From Eledone cirrhosa (taxonomy: Eukaryota), in contig OZ024747.1 in NCBI GenBank assembly GCA_964016885.1, forward strand, positions 54,312,001 through 54,376,000: a DNA stretch of 64,000 nt, read 5' to 3'. The position numbers and the translations under genes are program-made. Below the pieces are notes generated by a model. It saw nothing but the letters and a program-made list of their open reading frames with translations, made no database searches and was not told the origin of the DNA. Positions 58,330-64,000 of this stretch are shown here, in pieces (the stretch's first letter is position 1; every line of letters begins with the position of its first letter).

Positions 58330-58630
58330 TGGTAGACATGGCCATGTGGTTAAGTAATTTATCTCACACTCTTCGGGTTTATTGGTTCTGTCCCAAGCTG
58401 TGCCACATTAGACAAGTGTTTTATATTACAAACATGGTTTGGCCAATACTTTGTAAGTAATATTTGTTAGACGAAATATATACAGGAGCATCTTTGCATG
58501 TGAGTGTGTGGCAGAGTGTATATCCGTAGATATAGCGGTTCCACTAAGTGAGGTCCATGTACTGCTGTCAATATACCCGACTAAATAGCATGGCTATATT
58601 TTAATGACTGAAACGATTAAAAGAGTAAAA
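58330..58630 (+). mobile_element. Decayed CORE-type tRNA SINE (second SINE family)
   Basis: catggccatgtggttaagta..ggttctgtcccaagctgtgccacattagacaagtgtt..tagacgaaa; tail aatgactgaaacgattaaaagagtaaa resembles recalled octopus SINEs. Confidence 0.55.
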
Positions 58631-58730
58631 ATATTAGTGTTACTTATATATCTGTTCCTTCAGATATTGAGTCTTTTATACTTAGTTAAAAGTTGTATAT
58701 AGTTATGTATGTATCGTACGGTTAGCTATG

Positions 58731-58883
58731 TCTAGGAGTAGGAAGCTGTCAATACCTGACGTTATCTCTAGGGACACGGGAATCAGTAGACAGGACCTGG
58801 GGGCGGCGATGGGGGACAGGGAATTCTGGGGCATGAGAGTGAGATCCATCATCTCGACAGTAGTCGACGAATGATGATGATGA
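58731..58883 (+). mobile_element. RTE-clade LINE extreme 3' end
   Basis: RKLSIPDVISRDTGISRQDLGAAMGDREFWGMRVRSIISTVVDE* followed by a (TGA)n tail. Confidence 0.7.
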
Positions 58884-59195
58884 GCTATGTGTCACACAAC
58901 ATTTTCATACATCATTCTTGGCCCCGTGGAATATATACATGATTCGATTTCTTCACAACTTGTGTTTTATATCCCTTCAAAATTAAGTACCAAAAAATAC
59001 CATTAACTATGGGATGACCTGATATATATATTGAACCAAATATCTTCGTGATATAGGATGATGTGTCGTTCAATTCCTCATAGCGGCCTATGGCAACTTC
59101 ATATTTTAAGGGTCTTCACGCCATATTATAAGGTATCTTTACAGCATTTTTACGGTTGCGCACTTTCTATATACTTATATAAATACATACACACC

Positions 59196-59239
<44 letters not shown>

Positions 59240-59269
59240 GGGGGGGGATGTATGTGTATATATATATAA

Positions 59270-59348
<79 letters not shown>

Positions 59349-59469
59349 ACATAGATCTGTTGAGTATGCATGCCAATTCTAACACATATATATCCTAGAA
59401 ACGATCGTTAAATAATGAACTTTTTTTGTTTAATATAAGGAACTGTTTCATTGTTTTATTCATTATTTT

Positions 59470-59522
<53 letters not shown>

Positions 59523-59672
59523 CCGGGAAAGACTGCCCTAACACCGGCCAGAGTTACCTCCCTTGACCTGCTGCAAAATTAAAACAAGATATTTTTGCGA
59601 GCAATGAACCTTGCTGTGGATTTAACCCCAAAAACTCTTTCCGAGGAATATAAGGAACACTTGTGATTATTT

Positions 59673-59718
59673 ATGCCCTTGAGAAGCCCAACTGGGCGAA
59701 ACGTACGTAGGTGATATT
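59673..59718 (+). ncRNA. Hammerhead-like motif with variant core (element 59520-59935)
   Basis: CC-TTGAGAA-GCCC-AACT-GGGC-GAAA-CGTACG-TA-GG then AATAAA; (TA)n on both sides of the element. Confidence 0.6.
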
Positions 59719-59928
59719 CTAAATAAACATGTTTTAACGGTCTATTCTCTGATTTTTTACTTTCCCACGTGCTTACGCTCTGCTAACTCTCTAGCCCACT
59801 AAATATTAACACTTCGAATATTTAATACTGCCGGCACTAGTATCGAGCACCTTTGGCATACGCTACTTGGCAAATAACTATATGTATCACCTATCCCCCT
59901 TTTTTTTCTCTTTCTCGATACGTAAATA

Positions 59929-60069
<141 letters not shown>

Positions 60070-60084
60070 GTGTTTGTGTGTGAT

Positions 60085-60161
<77 letters not shown>

Positions 60162-60559
60162 AGAAAATGAGGTTTCTTTAAATGAAAAAAAACAAGAAGC
60201 CCTACAGGAGTGAAAGTATGAGAAAAAAAATGGAAAATTCAGCTAGGTTCTTTTTAAGAATATTTATTTGTTTCTTTACCGGTTTCACAGTTCTTATGCT
60301 ATTCAAAAGTAGAATTGAAATGTAGGGTTTGTGGTTTTTCTCGCATCTTTATATATGAAAGTGATATCATTTTTTTCAAAATGAATACGAAAAATTGGAA
60401 GGAGGTAGGTGGAGAGGTTAAAACAGCTCAAAATACAGTAAATTATTATAATAAACAGTTTATAAAGCTATGTCTCATACTTCATTGAACATTTTTTCAA
60501 ACAACGATGTATACAAAATCCTATTGTGTTAAAAATAATAATTACGCACGAAGCAAATT

Positions 60560-60865
60560 ATTCATTAAAGTAATTACCAAATACGTTTTTACATTAAATA
60601 TTGATTTATGAACGTTGGGACTTTTCAAAATTAGTTATTTATAAGTAAGTATCTCATTATAACTCTCAATAAACAGTTCTACAGCTCAGTAAGAGAATTT
60701 GCTTACATTTAAAAAGACTCCAAATTCTCTGGCTGTGCTGTAGCGCTGTTTAGTGAGACTTCTAATGGCATAGTTACTTATAAATAACTGATGCTGATAA
60801 GTCCCGATAAGGGACGAAACGTTCGTAAATCAATATTTAATGTAAAAATGTAAATACTTTAATGA

Positions 60866-60868
<3 letters not shown>
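60560..60868. mobile_element. Old diverged fold-back element with HHR at 60789-60833 (+)
   Basis: TGATG-CTGATAA-GTCCC-GATAA-GGGAC-GAAAC-GTTC-GTA-AATCA; 60560-60710 is a decayed reverse complement of 60722-60868. Confidence 0.7.
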
Positions 60869-60921
<53 letters not shown>

Positions 60922-61216
60922 CGCATGCGGTAAACAGAGGAGGCCATGTGTTGTCTCCCTCCGACATAACTTTTTCCCCTCGGAAAACCCCCAGTTAATG
61001 GATGCGAAATCCGAAATATAGGGACTATTAAATCACTTCCAAGGTAACTCTATCACGTGTTATTAATTTTTACACTTTTCCTGCGTTCCTTTGCGCTCTC
61101 TACGTCTGTGTCTTTCTACGCTTCCTCTTACATATCTCTATCATTACCCGGATATTTACCCATCTGCATTGTTGATCTTCCAAAACGACTATTTATATAT
61201 ATAAATATATATATAT

Positions 61217-61332
<116 letters not shown>

Positions 61333-61815
61333 AGAGGGAGAGAAGGAGAGGGAGAGAGAGAGAGATGCGAATATATACAAGAGTATCTGACACCGTCAGA
61401 TTTCTGTGTATGTATTTATTTATGAAAGTTTATGTTTGGGTGACTATATAAATGTACATTTTTTTCTGATTGGTCATATGATATCTGCACACATAAAATA
61501 CAAACAAACATTAAAAGTATAAAAATAAATGGAACACTTATCGTTGTAACCGACGGAAGTCCAACACAATCAGCAATCTACAGTTTTAAATCTCAGTTAT
61601 AACTATTTCTCATGACTGAAAAATGCAGATACTTTTTTGTCATTCATAATCGCTAATAAAGTCTTCCACAACATGTTCAACATATGTGCGACAGGTGTGG
61701 CTAAACTTGGAATATTTCATTGTAATATTTATAGTTTGTATTCATTTATTTGTTTCCATCCTCTACACACACCCTAGACGTAAGACACGTGAATGCATAC
61801 ATACGTATGTATGCT

Positions 61816-61873
<58 letters not shown>

Positions 61874-61957
61874 TGAGAGAGAGAGGGACTGTGTGTCTGC
61901 CCGTGTGTGTGTATTTATATTTATATATATTTATATATATATATATATATATATATT

Positions 61958-62035
<78 letters not shown>

Positions 62036-62104
62036 CATATATTTATATATATATATATATATATATATTTACATATATATATATACATATATTTATATAT
62101 ATAC

Positions 62105-62156
<52 letters not shown>

Positions 62157-64000
62157 GTAGAAGGCTTGGTTATCCTCAAGCAGCACACAAGGAATGATGA
62201 GGGAGTATGTCTACCCACGGATAAGTCTGGTAGGATGTCAATAGACAGCATGCCGAACTACATCAAGGCTAAGCAAGCCCACATCACCATCACGAGCGAA
62301 ATTGCACAGCAAAAACATGAAATGAGAGAGAAAATCCTCAACGCTCACATGATGATGTGCACCGACATCCTAAAGCCAAGCAGGCACACTGCCAACAATT
62401 TCCAGGCGTCTAACAATGGCATACCACCCTTGTATGGGCTCCGCAAAGACCATAAGACAGTCGACGACCCGACAACAGGACCACCAACAATACCTGTATG
62501 CGGAGCAAATATAGCTAGCAACTACAGGATCTCCTACTTCCTCTCAATGGTTATACGCCCCATAATCAAGATGTCCCCAGATGTATGTGACAGTACAGAG
62601 GACCTCCTCAGCAGAATCAGTAAGTGCAACAAAAACACAAACCTATCCAACTGCATAATAGGTTGTATGGATGTGGTATCACTGTACCTATCCATTAACA
62701 TTGATTTTGCTGTGGAAAAATGAATGTGTGGAGATGATCATTGAGAGTGAGGTGGAGTTCTGCGACGTCGACACAGACAAACTGGGCCTCCTACTTAAAC
62801 TTGCCTATGACACTGACTACCTAGACAGCCATGACCTTAGACGTTTCTGCCCCAGTAGACCCATAAGAGGTAGACCACCCACCATAACCACAATGGCAAA
62901 AAAGACACCGATGGGAAGGTGGATTGGGTGGACCAAAGCTATACGGACCCCCCAAAACAATGATCAGGTAAGAAAAATGGTGGCACATGCAATGGGGGCT
63001 AGTATCACAACTACCCTAAAGGGCCACATATTCAAATTCAACGAGAAGATCTACACCCAAAGTGAGGGAACAGCCATTGGCGTCAGCATAGCTGGTGACG
63101 TTGCCAACCTTTTTATGGTATGGTGGGAAAGGAGACTCAAATATCTCCTTCATGAGAGCTCCATAGACCTCATCATGTACTCTCGTTAGGTAGACGACAT
63201 CAATATATTAATAAGGACATCCCCACAAGAGAGTACTAACAAGTTGTATTTAGAACGTAGCACAATGGAAAGCATCCAGCAGATAGCTAATTCCATACAC
63301 CAGAATATAACTGTAACTATTGACTACCCTTCCAAACACCCTAACAATAGACTACCTGTATTAGACACGGAACTCTGGATTAACACTGTAGACGAGAGAG
63401 CCCAAATTCTCCACTCACACTATGCTAAACCCATGGCCTCCAAAAACCTGATACTCAAAAACTCAGCAATGTCCAGTAGTGCTAAGTTTAATATTCCGAT
63501 CGCAGACTTGGTACGAGTGATGAAGAACGTGTCCCGCATGTGCGACCCAACAGAAATGGAAAGACACATCCCACACTTCATCAACCGCATGCAGTTCTTT
63601 GGCTACAAGCAAAGAGACAGAATCAGAGTATATGAAGGAGCGACGGAGAAGTATAAGACCCTCATAGAACTGGACATGAAAGGAATTTGCCCATTATACA
63701 GGAGCAAATCATGGAATAGCTTAGATAGGACTAGACATAAAATAGGGAAAGCCACCTCATGGTACGACAACCAGAGATACCAGAGTGTCATGTTTGTGGA
63801 CGCTACCCCTGGAGGAAATTAGCTAACCAGTGTAGAAAGGCCCTGAGAAAGACCCACTTAAAGATTAAGGTGGTAGAAAAGCCAGGAACCACGATAAAAT
63901 CCCTGATCAGCAAAACCTACCCTTTTAAGAAAACCCACTGTACTACTAGGAAATGTATTAGATGTAGAGTAAACCCCCGGATAAACTGTAAGACTAGAAA
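62157..64000 (+). pseudogene. Third PLE family RT pseudogene, continuing beyond the window
   Basis: PTDKSGR, PPLYGLRKDHK, MDVVSLY, QSEGTAIG, SR*VDDI, LPVLD, KVVEKPG, Cys-rich linker; frameshift near 62720 and stops at about 63187 and 63820; starts at a (TA)n tract. Confidence 0.9.

Noticed and set aside
62166-63822. Programmed recoding or selenocysteine in the third PLE
   Set aside because: Disruptions are a frameshift and TAG stops, one replacing the Tyr of YVDD; consistent with ordinary decay

Overview
AT-rich eukaryotic DNA saturated with (TA)n, (CA)n and (GA)n microsatellites. The SINE families and repeat landscape point to an octopus or other cephalopod genome (inference). Nearly all ORF-track entries are microsatellite artefacts. 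Real coding remnants are three Penelope-like element (PLE) RT ORFs from different families (28.9-30.3 kb, 35.0-36.6 kb with GIY-YIG, 62.2-64 kb), two RTE LINE 3' ends, an L1/Tx1 RT fragment, a Tc1/mariner remnant and one weak candidate host exon. There are also tRNA-derived SINE clusters and two Helitron-like elements. The main signal is about 20 minimal type-I hammerhead ribozyme (HHR) motifs found by eye, several intact and most with palindromic loop III. About 15 fold-back insertions share one layout: (TA)n - inverted arm - junction - arm - (TA)n. Both element 3' ends face outward and usually stop at a TA; several junctions fall inside the HHR core or stem II. I infer that PLE reverse transcription primes from both sides of a cut (TA)n tract and the two cDNAs are joined head-to-head. 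All motifs were read manually and coordinates are approximate.
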